A stretch of 61,444 nt of DNA, filler included, from Basidiobolus ranarum (Eukaryota): assembly GCA_040143965.1 (NCBI GenBank). It is 3 parts of 3 records of this genome, joined end to end, with 100 filler letters (N's around TTAATTAATTAA, not from the genome) between each part and the next. Parts side by side here need not be neighbours in the genome. Positions count along the whole stretch, not along the records: positions 20,596 to 40,971 come from JASJQH010000229.1; 2 more parts are not named here. One strand, given 5' to 3'. This document shows positions 22,418-36,289 of the stretch, piece after piece (position 1 is the stretch's first letter; every line of letters starts with the position of its first letter). Under the pieces are notes generated by a model that ran no database searches, had not been told where the DNA came from, and worked only from the letters and a program-made list of their open reading frames with translations. Both the position numbers and the translations under genes were made by a program.

Positions 22418-23971
22418 TTATGCTAGTTGACGAACAATGTTGACGAGATATTCCTTTTCTTCGTTGAACTTCTCATCATCTGGAGAGATGTTGGGTTAAT
22501 ATCTACATGAAAAGTGAACGCACCATCACCATATCTTACCATTCCGACTACTATGGAGGTTATCCAAGTAGACTACCAACTTCTCCTGATTCTTCTTCAA
22601 GATTTCGATGATCGGGGGAACCTTGTTCGGATTGGCAACAAAGATCTAAATGAGACAGCTACAGTTTAGTGATTGAACGTACGCAATGCACGCTGAATCA
22701 CTCACCTTGAATACATGGTATGCTTCGACTTGGATGTTTTTACTTGGATCGCGTAGAAGATTCATAATCATCTTCAGGTTCTCTGGAAAGTCGATGAATT
22801 TAGTCATCACCGGAAAGTTTATACGACACATGAGGATCTCCGATAAAAGCTAGGAACGTAGTCAATAAGAGGGACTCCTTGTATCTGGAAGATGCCTGTG
22901 AAGTGATTACCTTAAGTGATTGCCGTTTGGTTACATAGTTAGGAGACATCAACAGAGAGTTGTAATTATCGAAGAACTGGTAACTGGTTAGCTTTACAGT
23001 CCAAAGCATCGGTAGAATGATGAGCACTTACTTTATCATAATCTTTGGTTAAGAAAGTGAAGGTTAATTCTTTATGACGGGTCAAGATATCCTAAATACA
23101 ATCAACGTTACTAAACAGTATTCCCCAACTGATACTCTCAGATACTAACCTTAAATGCGGAGAAAGCGTCACTGGAAATATCAAAGGTATCTGATTGAAT
23201 ATATTTAAAGAATCTATAAAACTCCGGACTATCGAGCAACACCTTTGCCAAAGGAGGATATTTCGTACAATCTCTAAGTATTGTACCACAATTTAGGGCT
23301 ATCTCTGGGTTGTCGAAACTTGAGGGTAATATCCTGTTAGCCTTGAATCTAATCAAATCCATGAAACAATCTTTCAGTACATACCCATGTAGTATGGCGA
23401 AAAGAGTATGCGACTTTTCAGACAGATAGTCTACTGTGGGGTATCTATTGGAGATCTGTCTTCGTAAAAGTACACAGAAAACGTTTGCTACATCTTTTCT
23501 TGTCTATGTCGTAAATGATAAGTATATATGGGCTGAACACCACTAGCTCTACTTTCCTACCTCAAATTCAAGACTGGGAAGCTTCATGATAAGAAGTTGT
23601 AAAAGGTCGACCTTATATACCTCTTGAGAAATAGGACCAGCTAGATAACTTGGGTTATAGACTGATAGGGGTCAGGTAAGAAACCGTTTGCATCTGTACC
23701 TTCATCACCACTTAACATGACTTTCATCAGCTGCACATTTCTTGAAACCTCTTCAGTAGCCTATAAAAGAAGATTGGGTTATCATTCTATTTCGACAAAA
23801 GACATGTTCTGAGTTGACAAATGATAAAGAATACACGCTATACTATTGAAGTTGAAAAGGGAAAGAACCTACCTTCTTCCAATCTGGCCCGTCAATTCTA
23901 TATAGAGCATCTTTTACATTGTGTACGGTATCTTGAGGGGTTTTTGTTTTCGATCTAAAGAGAAAGCTCAT
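22418..23971 (-). CDS. HYM1: Mo25/Hym1/CAB39 kinase scaffold, multi-exon
   Basis: [71 protein letters not shown]. Confidence 0.95.
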
Positions 23972-24235
23972 GATAAGGTTTACTAGTGGTTACCAAAGAA
24001 CAGATTAAGCGAGGTCAATTAATTAAAGAGGAGTAAATTCGAGACTTGCTATTATTTTGAAAGTGCAACATCAATAACATCCTTAAACTTCATTCAACCA
24101 ATCAACTAGATGGAACTACTAGAACCTCATAAAGATTTATTAAATTGCATGTACATATATTTGAGGATAGATTAAACCTAACCCTAAGTTAATACAGAAG
24201 TCACATATTCTACTGAATATAAATTACGTAAGGAA

Positions 24236-24709
24236 TTAACTCAAGAACGCTTTCTTGAGATAACTTTGTCTAGCTAAGAAAGAATTCATCATAGTGTCGA
24301 TGTTCGTGTTAAATTGATGCTGCTCTAATGTTTCATCTAATGGTAGCTCCACATTCTTCCGCTTGGAGATACCATTGATGGTGAGATTTAAAGTGGTCTC
24401 TTTTTTCTCCGTTTTGGAGGTGTTTACTGTGGTTCGACATTCTGTTACCTGAAAAATTGAACTGTAGGAATGTACTTGTGAGACGTGTTCACCATCTTCC
24501 GATAAATCTACCACGATACATTGCTCATTGTCCAGCTCTTCTGGTAATCCTTCGTCTTGAAACAGATAATGAACAGTTGGATATTTCCATGTTTGAGTTT
24601 GCTCGTCATAAATTTGAGTAAACTAATGATACCAACCAAAGTTATTCAAGGTTATTTACATTCGGTTTGAGTATCAACTAACCTTCGGAATAAGGTGACT
24701 ATCTTGCAT
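24236..24709 (-). CDS. Atg31-like small protein, 2 exons
   Basis: MQDSHLIPK|FTQIYDE..YPTVHYLFQDE..EQCIVVDLSEDGEHVSQVHSYSSIFQVT..LNLTINGIS..NIDTMMNSFLARQSYLKKAF; intron 24623-24682. Motif order recalls Atg31; the gene is solid, the identity moderate. Confidence 0.6.
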
Positions 24710-25117
24710 AGTAAATATAGGATGAAGAATAAGTTGAGAAGAGTTAGAAGTCACCTAACGATTGCAACTAATTTATCGTAAGAACTCCTCCACTTATATG
24801 GGTTGGTTCTTGATTAAATGATTCTAGAATATTTAGATATAACAGTGATAAAGTTCATTACTCCTCTTTGCCAGAGTTAAATATATATATATATAAGTAT
24901 TCCTAGAAGACACTGTTTTATTATGTCAAGTAGATTTTATATTGTGTATCCAAATACGTGCTACATACTATATTATACACCTTTGCTTTGCTATATTCTA
25001 ACTAGGTATATCAATTTATGGGATTCTAAAATATTCTTTCTAGATTTACGAAATTTCTTTCGAAATTAGAGGCATCCAAAAGGTATAAATATACTGGCTC
25101 CGTCAATGAGGATCTTT

Positions 25118-25345
25118 ACGACTGTACTTTACAGGATTATGTATATAGTACATTCCCAGTCTTTGTTTCCCAACAAAGACACTAATACCAAGCTGGTTGA
25201 CGATTGGTAGTGCGCTGTCCGTAAAGGGAAGTGTGGGATGTGTTCGATTAGCTCCTCGGAACTTCTGAACCTTCTCAGTTGATGATCTTGCCAGTCGATT
25301 ATTCCAACGACTAGGCGAGGACGGTTTGCACATTCTGACAGCTTG
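25118..25345 (+). ncRNA. U3: U3 snoRNA
   Basis: GAC box and box A'/A (ACGACTGTACTTTACAGGATTATGTATATAG); C'-like GGTTGACGA; box C TTGATGATC; box D CTGA 25335-25338; terminal stem CAAGCTG/CAGCTTG; TATAAATA about 30 bp upstream. Confidence 0.85.
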
Positions 25346-25810
25346 TCTATTTTTATTACAATCTTATCAAAAATCAAACAAATCGAAATCAAAGTTACTT
25401 TCAGTGCACCAAAATAATGTTAAGCTAGTCATTAGTATGTTATGTATTCACCGCCATATTTTGGTACAACTGAACCACTCAGTTCAGTTGAGACCCTCTT
25501 GAGAATGGTGGTGCCAATCGCAAGTCAATATGTAAGGCTAAGATCAAGGATCATATATGATGATGAAAATTCAATTGGTGGGGATCACCCAAAATAGGGA
25601 TAGTCCCCAAAAAAGATATTTCTAGCAATCAAAGTGCATTTGTCCAGCCTTTCCAAACCCTTTCTCGAGGCCATTCTTTGTTGGTAAACGGTAGGTTGAA
25701 GTTTATCTACTCAGACATAGTGTGTGAATCCATCCAACGCCTACAATGATCCGAAGAGTTTATTACATTAAAGCTAATAAGTTAATTATTCCCTCGTTGT
25801 AGAAATCAAA

Positions 25811-26416
25811 ATGAACCCCGAAAAACTTGCTAAATTACAATCTCAAGTCCGTATTGGTGGTAAGGGTACTCCTCGCCGTAAGGTCAAGAAGACCACCAAG
25901 GCCAGCGGTGTTGATGACAAGAAGCTTCAAGGTCTTATCAAGAAGCTTAATGTCCAACCTATCCCCACCATCGAGGAGGTTAACATGTTCAAGGATGACG
26001 GAAAGGTTCTTCATTTCACCACTCCTAAGGGTAATGACACTGAAGAATAGTATAACTGTGACAATGTACTAATTCGAAACCATCTTTATTTTAGTTGCTG
26101 CCTCTGTTCAATCCAACACTTTCGTGATCTCTGGCAAGGGTGAGGACAAGGAACTCACCGAACTCATTCCTGGTATCCTTCACCAACTTGGTCCTGACTC
26201 TCTTGCCAGCCTTCGCAGACTCGCTGAAGCTTACCAACAAGCTCAAGGTGATGCCTCCATTGAAGAAGCTGATGAGGATATTCCTGAATTAGTTGAGAAC
26301 TTGTAAGGTCTTTCCCCTTGTTTGAATTATCGAATATTCTAGCTAATGCTGTTCATATTCACTCTAGCGAGGAAGCTTCTAAGGAAGAGGAGAAGAAGGA
26401 AGAAACTACCGCTTAA
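25811..26416 (+). CDS. EGD1: Nascent polypeptide-associated complex beta subunit (BTF3), 3 exons
   Basis: [50 protein letters not shown]. Confidence 0.97.
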
Positions 26417-26947
26417 GATCGTTGAATTGATTCGCAGTGTAGTTCATTTCAGCCAATAAATAACAAAAATATCTTATGATACCACATTATTTCTCCCATT
26501 ACTTCTACATTCGTTAGCTTCATTATGTACAGTATGCAATCAGTTGAACGAGTTGCTCATCTTCGGTAGTACAGCTGGCAACCCAAGTTAACCTCAACAA
26601 TCCAATTAGCCATTTTTCCACACATCCCTGAAGTGTGCCATTGCGGTATATAAATCATTTGTGGCAATACGGCTTAATATCTCAATTAATATATATATAT
26701 ATATATAAACAACCAATCATCTGTTTCAATCTTCCATTTGATTCACTTAGATCAAACTTGACACGCTATTTCGCGACACTTCCTCAACGATTCTATATAG
26801 CTCAACAATTTTCTTAGTCTTTCTACACTACACTATCGCGCTTGTGTGTGAGGTTTTTTTGATATTCCTCAAGACCCATCAGTTTATCAAGCTTGATTTT
26901 TGTTATCGGTTTCTAATTACTCTATATTATAAAGTGCTCTATATATA

Positions 26948-29149
26948 ATGTTTTATTCCGAAGCCATTTTATCCAAAAAAGGCCCGCTGGCTAAAGTATG
27001 GTTGGCTGCTCATTGGGAACGTAAACTTAGTAAAGCACAATTTCTTCAAGCCAACATCCAATCTTCAGTTGGTAAGTAAGCATATATCAGAAATTAGCCA
27101 CTAGTCATTTTACAACTTTACTCTTCTAAAAGGTGCCATTGTTGGTGGGGACCAACCTCCTATGGCTTTACGTCTATCGGGGCAACTTCTTCTTGGTGTT
27201 GTGAGAATATATTCTCGAAAGGCTAGATATTTACTCGAAGATTGTAATGAAGCTCTAGTTAAGATTAAAATGGTTTGTTTTCATTCAATCTTTTGTTGGA
27301 GTATATATATATATATATATATATACTTGGTTAAACTAAATTATAATGTTTATTTCTCAAAGGCTTTCAGACCTGGTATGGTTGATATGCCTAGTGAGCA
27401 AGCAGTTGCTAGTTTCAACACCATTACTTTGGCTGATAATATCACCGAGTTTGATATCTTATTACCGGATCCAGATTTTAACATTCAGTAGGAAGGATTT
27501 ATTTTTCAACTTCTCTCGGAACTTACTAATCGTTTTAAATTGATTAGAAATTGGGAAGCTTTAGAGGCTCCTACTCAAGACAGTCAAATTGTATCTCGCC
27601 CACAAGACATCACATTACAAGAGGGACTCGGTACGGCTACCATTGATGTTGGTTTGGGAAGGGATGATTTATTTGGTCAAGGGTTTGAGGTGGAGGAAGG
27701 AAGAGAGTTAGATCTTGGTCTGGAGGATGATTTCCGTCCAGCACCATTAGGTGATGACTCAATGGACATTGAAGTGGGTCGTGATGCTCAGCCCGAGTTA
27801 TCTTTCTCAATTGATGGACCCGCAGATATTACACTTGATGAAGGGAAGCTTGGTATGGAGCCATTGGGTGAACTTCCAGAATTTTCATTTGAAGCGAAGG
27901 CTGGAGAGGAGAATTTGTTTGATGATATGGATCTTGGTTTGGATCGGTTGGTATTTCTCGTCAAGAATTCTATATCATACGTTCGCTAGTTAAACGATCT
28001 TTTTAGTCCTCAAGAAGTCGAATTGGTAGAACCACCCATGGTTGTTGAAGATGAGGTGATTGAGGAACAAGGTAAGAAGTAATATACTATATTATTATAT
28101 TGAATCTATTTAACAATTATTCAGAGCAAACCATGCTTGAAATGCCAGCTATGGTTGCACCAGCTAGATTGGTTTCCAGACAGAGCAGAAAGAGAAAGCT
28201 TATTGTTGATCAGGTCATCGAACTTCCTAGTGATCATATATCTGGCCAATTAAAGGATACCTCGGATATCACTCAAGAAGAAGCATATCTACCAGTCTCC
28301 AGAAAGATGATGAGATTGAAGCAAATTCAGGATGAAGGTGCTCACTACTATCTGTCTCTCAATGGACCTCAAAATGTGGTACCGGAGTTGTTGGGTTTAT
28401 TCACCAGAGAATTAGTCAAAGACCAACAAACTGTGCCTGAAACTGAGGAATCTAGAGAAGCATTTGGTCTAGAAAGTAAGCAACAGTATTTCTGTAAATT
28501 ATCAATGAGTATCCGTTATTAACCTCATTCATAGTTGAGGAAGAGCTCATGCCTTCCATCCCTGTTGATGAGCCCGGAATATCTAGTTTTGATTTTAGTG
28601 AACCTGCACTCATTGAGGAGGAAACAATCGCTGCCGAGGTTTCAGAGCAAGTTCCTATGTTACCTGAAGAGATGCCTACAGAAGATGTTGGCGAGGTAAG
28701 AATCTCTTGATCACAGCGAAATTCGAGGCGGTACTAATTAGTGTCTATAGGGTATATCTCAGGTTCCTGGATCACCAGTTCTCTCCATCACAGGTGAACA
28801 ATCCACTGAGGGATTGGGTAGATCGGAAATCTTTGATGCAGAGGAGATTGAAGAACCTGAAGCAGGAACTGAAGCTGCTTTCAGCAAATCCACAGTTAAA
28901 ACCATGCATCTGCTACGTACTGAAATCCAGAAGGCCGCAGATCCTGGGATGGAAAAATCGACCAGTCTGAAGTACCGAAATATCGCAGGTAATGCTACCA
29001 GAACTGATGCGGTCAAGTTTTTCTTTGAATTGTTAGTTCTCTCCACCAAGGATGTGGTGAAGGTAAAGCAAAGTGAGCCCTACGGGGATATTGAAATCAC
29101 ACCTAAGGATAAACTATTCGACAATACTGCAAGTACCATCACTGCTTGA
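26948..29149 (+). CDS. RAD21: Cohesin alpha-kleisin Rad21/Scc1, multi-exon
   Basis: [63 protein letters not shown]-terminal [17 protein letters not shown]. Confidence 0.96.
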
Positions 29150-29885
29150 ATTTTGTATATCTCTTTTAGCATGTTTAATCGTTAGTGGCCTACTTTTTGT
29201 ATAGATTTTGATGGTATTGATTGTAATGATATCCCTCTATGGAAATAAACTCCTTTTTTCTCTATATAATGTGCATATTAAACCGGGTGATGTCACGGAA
29301 TGGATTTTTCTGAATTACTCGAGATCGTACTTGTTGAGCCAGACTATGTAACCCACTCGATCTTTCGCCTCTGATGCTTGATGGCCTTCTCCTAGCCTCT
29401 ATCAGTTGACTCCACCGTTCCGCTCCTCTCGTACTGGGAATATATTCCTCAGGTAAATTCCAATTCCATTAGTAGATAGGGTCCATAGTGTATTTACGTT
29501 GCAATTGCTTAGTGGAAATATGAGAAGTAATGGGGTTGAACGATAGAAGAATGTACTGAATGGGAAAGGAAGGATTGCTGCAGATCTTACGGGATATGTG
29601 TCACTTCTACAAGAAACAAAATAAATTTCAATATATTTCCGCTATACGTGGCATTTAGTGTGGATTTCCACACGTGATTTGATCTAAAAAATCTACAGTC
29701 ACGAATCGAGTATTAGGATGAGTGTATCCGCAATAAGTGATCGCTGGACGGTTTTCGTTCGGTTCGTGATTCTAAGAGGGAAAATTACCGAGCTTCCAAA
29801 TCCAATATTTATTGTGCTCATATAAGCGTGAACATAGCCTTGAGACCGAATTTTCTTTCTATCCATCATATTCCAACCGAAAACA

Positions 29886-31941
29886 ATGTACAGCCTACCA
29901 AAACTTATTCGTGCAAGCAACTCTTTCAAGTATGCCACAAACTTATGTCGAAGAAAGGTAAGTCTTATTTTTATGTGACTTTTAGATAGGGTATCAGTAA
30001 CGCTTTATTTTTGCATAGACTGGTTCTCTAGGAGTATTTGCGAGACAGTATAGCTCAAGTGGAGCTCCCGTGGTTGGTATTGATCTGGGAACTACCAACT
30101 CTTGTGTTGCAATTATGGATGGTAAAAACCCTCGGATTTTGGAGAACTCCGAAGGAACCAGAACTACTCCTTCCATTGTAGCATTCACCAAAGAAGGGGA
30201 ACTTTTGGTTGGACAATCAGCAAAACGTCAAGCAGTGGTGAATCCAGAGAACACCGTATTTGCTACTAAAAGACTTATCGGGCGTACATTCAATGATAAA
30301 GAAGTTCAAAATGACATCAAGGCTGTCCCATACAAAATTGTTGAACACTCCAATGGTGATGCTTGGGTTGAGGCCAGAGGTAAAAAATACTCACCCAGTC
30401 AGATTGGTGCTTTTATTCTGACAAAAATGAAGGATACCGCGGAGAGCTTCCTGAGCAAAAAGGTCACTCAGGCTGTGATTACTGTACCCGCGTATTTCAA
30501 TGACGCACAGCGTCAAGCTACTAAAGATGCCGGAAAGATCGCTGGATTGGAAGTCCTTCGTGTCATCAATGAGCCCACCGCTGCTGCCTTGGCCTACGGA
30601 CTGGATCGAGAAGATAATCGTACGGTGGCGATTTACGATCTTGGTGGAGGTACTTTTGATATTTCCATCCTAGAGATTCAGAATGGAGTGTTTGAGGTGA
30701 AATCAACCAATGGCGATACCCATCTGGGTGGTGAAGATTTCGATATCAAACTAGTCAACCATATTCTTGATGACTTTAAGAAATCGGAAGGTATCGATCT
30801 TAGTAACGATAGAATGGCCGTGCAGCGTATTCGAGAGGCTTGTGAAAAGGCGAAAATAGAGTTGTCTTCCACATTGCAGACTGATATTAATCTACCATAT
30901 ATTACCGCTGATGCTACCGGTCCTAAGCATATCAATATGAAACTCAGTCGTACAAAGTACGAAGCAATGATGAAACCCTTGGTGGATCGTACTGTGGAAC
31001 CGTGCAAAAAGGCAATCAAAGACGCTGGAGTTAGTATATCTGATATCCATGATGTAGTCTTGGTTGGAGGCATGACACGTATGCCAAAGGTAGTGGAGTC
31101 AGTCAAGAGTATTTTCCACAAGGATCCCGCAAAGAGTGTGAATCCTGATGAGGCGGTGGCCATTGGAGCCGCCATTCAGGGTGGCGTTCTTTCTGGTGCA
31201 GTATCAGATATCCTTTTGCTTGATGTAACACCACTTTCCCTTGGAATTGAAACCTTGGGTGGTGTATTCACGCGACTTATCAATCGTAACACCACCATAC
31301 CAACCAAGAAATCTCAAGTCTTCTCCACCGCTGCGGATGGTCAAACTCAGGTGCAGGTTAAGGTATTCCAAGGTGAACGTGAGCTAGTACGTGATAACAA
31401 ACTTCTAGGAGAATTTAACCTCACTGGTGTTGCCCCCGCACCTCGTGGCGTTCCTCAGATTGAAGTGGCATTCGATATCGACGCTGACGGTATTGTCAAA
31501 GTAAGTGCCAAAGATAAGGCTACTGGTCGTGATCAATCCATGTCCATCGTCGCATCCTCTGGTTTAAGCAAGGATGAAATTGAAAATATGGTCAAGAATG
31601 CTGAAGAGTTTGCGGAGTCCGATATTAAACGTAAGGAAGCCATTGAAGCTACTAATACAGCTGAATCAGCTGTACATGAAACTGAGAAGCATATCAACGA
31701 CTTCAAAGACCAAATCGACCAGGAAGAAGCCAAGAAACTCCAAGAGCAAATCAATACATTGAGAGAGAAGATCAGCAAAGGAGAAGAGGCTGATCCTGAA
31801 GACATTAGAAAATCCACACATGAATTACAACAAGCAAGTTTGAAGGTATTTGAAGCAGTATACAAGAACCGTGCTTCACAAGACTCTGGTAACAGTGGGG
31901 AAACCGTTGTAGATAATGACAGTGAGAAAAAGAAAGATTAA
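29886..31941 (+). CDS. SSC1: Mitochondrial Hsp70, 2 exons
   Basis: Arg/Ser-rich presequence, [33 protein letters not shown]; no EEVD; intron near 29958-30018. Confidence 0.96.
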
Positions 31942-32379
31942 GGGTACTGTTCAGTAAATTCGATGTTGTTTCAAAGGAAGAAAAATAAATTAGTTCTCAA
32001 GTTTATTTAATCAGTATTTGATGCTAAGAGCAGAACTGGAGGCCATCTTCCTGTAATGGAAGCTTCTCGTTATATTTGCTTTTAATAAATTCCACGCAAT
32101 CATCTATGTCTCTTGTAAGCAGACCAGGTCTTTAAATATCCCCTGAATCTCGAAACTTTCATCCTACTAAACTCCACGCTCATCGGGTATTTCAATACCA
32201 TGGACTTGGTCAAACTTACTAGCAAGCTCAGGTCACTTGCCAGTAGCTACATCTAAGGCAGCTTTGTGGAAGTCATGAATCGTTTGAATAAAGATATTTA
32301 TTAATATTTAACAGTCACATACGATCATTTTATCTACATACAATAGAAAAGATTTTTGCAAGGAAAAGAGATATGAAAG

Positions 32380-35300
32380 TTAGTTATCTTCAACTGGATA
32401 TTGTGTCAAATCCAGGGTCAATACTCTACTGCTATTTACATCTTGATCTCGATGGATACCCACCAACGATTGTGCTTTTTCGTAGAGAGATTGTTTAAGT
32501 GAGATAACCACGAATTGGAAGTTGTCTCCAGCATGTTCACGGATATAGTTCGCAACCTTGCCTACGTTGGCGTTATCTAGCGCTGCATCTACCTCGTCAA
32601 GGACAAAGAATGGCGAGGGTTGATAGCTGTGAATAGCAAACAGAAGTGCCAGTGCGGCAACGGTCTTTTCTCCACCTGATAGCTGCTCCATATCACGGAA
32701 ACGTTTCATCGGTGGCATCGCGTGATATTTGACACCATCCAAGTAGGGCTCTTCGCTATCTTCTAAACTGAGATAGGCAGTTCCGCCAAGTGGAAAGGTT
32801 TTGCTTTTAGTTAAATCTTTGTAAATTTGATCGATTTTTTCGGCAATGTGGCTGTAAGCTGCGTAAAATTTCTGATATCTCTGTTGCTTGATCGAGTTAA
32901 ACATCTCCTTGGCATCTTTAGCTTCTCTTCGTGCTTCTTCGAATTCTTCCTCCGTGCTTCTGAGTCGGTTTTGAACATCCCCCATACGGTCAAACACCTT
33001 GAGGTTGGGTGCTAAACGCTCAATTTCCGCCTGGATATCTCTAATCTTTTCTTTGAACTCATTGTCAAGATCACTGCTGTCATTTTCCTTTTGACTCCTA
33101 GATAAAGAAGAGAAATCAACCTCTATTGTCCAATCAGAAGAACGGAAGGAGCGTTGACTAAGGCTCTGTGACTGCGTTGGTGTCTGTGTCGAGCCGTCGA
33201 TATCCATGGCATCTCTAATGCGCTCCGAGTCATCCAAAGGCACCTCCTCTAAGGATCCACGAGCTAACGGAAGTTCTATTTCTTCTAACTTACAGCGCCT
33301 GAAAATGGAGGTTCTTTCAACGTTTAGCTTTTCGATGACCGATTCTTTAGCGGCCATATCTTTCATCAAACGATCTAGCTCTCGCATCACAACATTGAGC
33401 TGTTTCTTGATTTGATTGATTTCATCAGTCTTGTCACCAAATACTGTGTCAGCAGAGAGCAACTCGCGTCTAAGTTCCGAAATCTCATTAGAAATCGTTT
33501 GGCTTTCTCGAATGTGAATTTCTTTCTGAGAGTTCAATTGATGGAGCGAATTCTGATCCAAAGCAATCAACGACTGAAGCTTGGCTAAACGTTCTGCCGT
33601 TTCAAATAGCTGTTGCGTTTCGAATTCTAACTGGTTCTCTAAACGGGACCGCTGGGTAGTGAAATTCATGCGCATTTCAGCTGACTCTTGAGCAAATTTG
33701 AGTTGACTTTCTTCATACTCACGAACGTGACTGACACCGATAGTCTGACAGAATTCCTCGAAAACACTGTCTTCAATGTCGTAAATGCTGTCCTTGATAC
33801 GAGCAATCTCTGCCTCGAAGGATGCGATGTTAGAGGACATTTGATCTAGCTTTGGAGAGAGCTCTTTCAGTTCATTGTTAATGTGCTCCAATTCCTGTTC
33901 GATGCTGGCCAATTTACGTTTTGTGCCATTGAAATCCTCGCGTGTAAATTCCAGTCTTGACTCCAGTCCGGATATTTCCGATTTATATTGTTCCTCATTA
34001 CTGATACGTCTTTTGGATCTCCCTAGCTCATTGAGTTGTGAGAAGAGCGAGTCCCTGGCACGCTTGAGATTCTCAATCTCCTTTTCTTCCCAGCGATGGG
34101 CTCCAGATGAAAGCCCGCTTTGACCACCAGTGATAAGACCACTCTTGTGAATGATTGTTCCATCTAGAGTGACAGTTTTGACCTCTTGGCCACGGTCATA
34201 ACATATATATTTGGCTACAGCAAGAGAATCACAGATTAACGCATTGCCGCAGGCATACTGAAGTGCTCGTTCAAGATATCCCTCATGCTGAATAACATCA
34301 ATAGCCAATCTGGCTCCTTTAGTAAACGAACGATATTTATCATTGATGGGTTTGATCACCAGAGTATCCAGAGGCAAGAAGGTAGCCTGACCAACACGTT
34401 GTTCACGCATGTATTGAATACAATCGATGGCAGTCTTTTCCTGATCCACAACAATAGCGTCCATGTTGCGCCCGAGGACAATAGAAACGGCAACATCATA
34501 CTTGCGTTGGGAAGGTTTACAGAGATCAACGAGGCGGCCATGGACACCAGGGAAGATTCGTTTCATGGTTTCTAAACACTCCTTCATCTTGTGCTCTCTT
34601 TCGGTTTCACGACGATCCACCTTAGCCTCCATAAGTTTGTTCAGAGTGCTGGTAAGCTTCTCGTTTAGTTCCAATTCATTTTGAACAATGCTCTCACGCT
34701 CTACCACTGCGTTGGCCAAATTCTGTTTCGCCTTTTCCAAATCCTGACTAATCTGGCTAACTTGGCTTTGAACCTTCTCCCTATGGTCGAGCAGACCAGT
34801 TCTATCTTCTTTGAGCTTATCTCGTTGTCTCTCAAGCTGGTCGACCTTTTCTTTTATACGCTGAAGGGATTCAAAGTTGGTCTTGTGTTGACGATACAAG
34901 TTGTCCAGCTGCTGTTGCTCCGAATAAGTTCGCACACGAACTTCTTCTTTATTATGATTGTACTCGGCCAGTTGATCCTCGGTTAGTTGAAAACCCATTC
35001 CCATGGTTTTCGCTCGGATGGTGGCTTCGTAGTTTTCTTCAGCTTTGGCGACATTGGTTAATTCGGTTTTGAGAGAGGCGACACTCTCAGTTTGTCGGTC
35101 ATGATCTTTCCTCAGCTTCGTGAGATTGTTCTCAGTCTGATTGATTTTCTTCTGGGTGTGAGTGATTTTCTCTTCTAAACTGAGGAGCTGTGGTCTACGA
35201 TCTTCGTATTCTCTTTCTCTTTTTTTGATATTCATTTCCAATTTCAAATTCTCTCGATGAATCCGTGCTTGTTCTCTTTTGAGCTCACGTATTTGATTCT

Positions 35301-36192
35301 CCAGTCTTGATTGGTCTCTTTGTTTTTCAGTTAGCTGAATGCTATCTTGATCTACGGCCTCCTCCTCACGAGAAACATTCTTTTCGGTATGAAATAGCTT
35401 CCACACTAAATGAGAGATGGTCATTTTCTCTTTCTCTCTATTTAAACTCTCAAAACGTTCTGCTTCAGCTTTCTGTTCTTGGAACTGCTTCATTTCCGCC
35501 GCGATACCACGCTTTTTGTTGAAATTGAAAGCAGAGTTTTCGGTGGCTCTCTCTTGCAAACCTTTAAGACGTTCATATTCAGGTTTAAGTTCGAGTGAAC
35601 CACTAATCTGTTCGATTAAACGAGTAAGATCTTTAGGGGATTGAGAAGCGATAGCTTCTACATCTCCTTGAAATACAAGGAAATTGCGTGCTTTGATTAG
35701 AATATTTTGTTCTTCCAAAATGGCATTATATCTAGACCAAGTGACAACATTATCATTGATCTTGTATTCACTACTTCCACTAGAAGTGATAGTACGAGTG
35801 AACTTTATCTCCTGTTTGCTATCATCTTCATATACCGCAGTAACGAAAGCTTTCTTGGGCATGGACTCTTCTACAGAAGCTTCTTCTAACGTTTCATCCT
35901 TTCTTAAAGCTCTTCCTCGATATATCAAATCTTTTAGCTGAGAAGAACGAAGTTGTGAAGACTTTACACCAAGTACAAAACTAATGGCGTCCATCAAGTT
36001 GGATTTTCCTAAGTAACAAGAAAGAAGGGATTTCTTTTTAGGTTCTAGCTTTCAAAACGAATCAAGTAAGAATTGAAAATTACCTGCTCCATTAGGACCA
36101 ATAACTGAAGTAAAAGTATAGAAAGGTCCAACTAATTGATGCCCTTTATAAGATTTAAAGTTTTCCAACTCTAAACGTACAAGTTTCCCCAT
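32380..36192 (-). CDS. SMC1: Cohesin subunit Smc1, 2 exons
   Basis: [79 protein letters not shown]. Confidence 0.97.
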
Positions 36193-36254
36193 CTAGATAT
36201 TGTGAACTTGGGTGGAATGAGGAAGGGGAAATATTAATGGTATTGAGAAGTAGA

Positions 36255-36289
36255 ACGCGAACGTATATTACAGTGTAGTTGATACGCGT
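36255..36289. promoter_or_regulatory. MCB-like cell-cycle boxes upstream of SMC1
   Basis: ACGCGA 36255-36260 and ACGCGT 36284-36289, 60-100 bp upstream of the ATG. Confidence 0.5.

Noticed and set aside
25103-25392. Two minus-strand ORFs (76 and 87 aa)
   Set aside because: Antisense shadows of the U3 snoRNA
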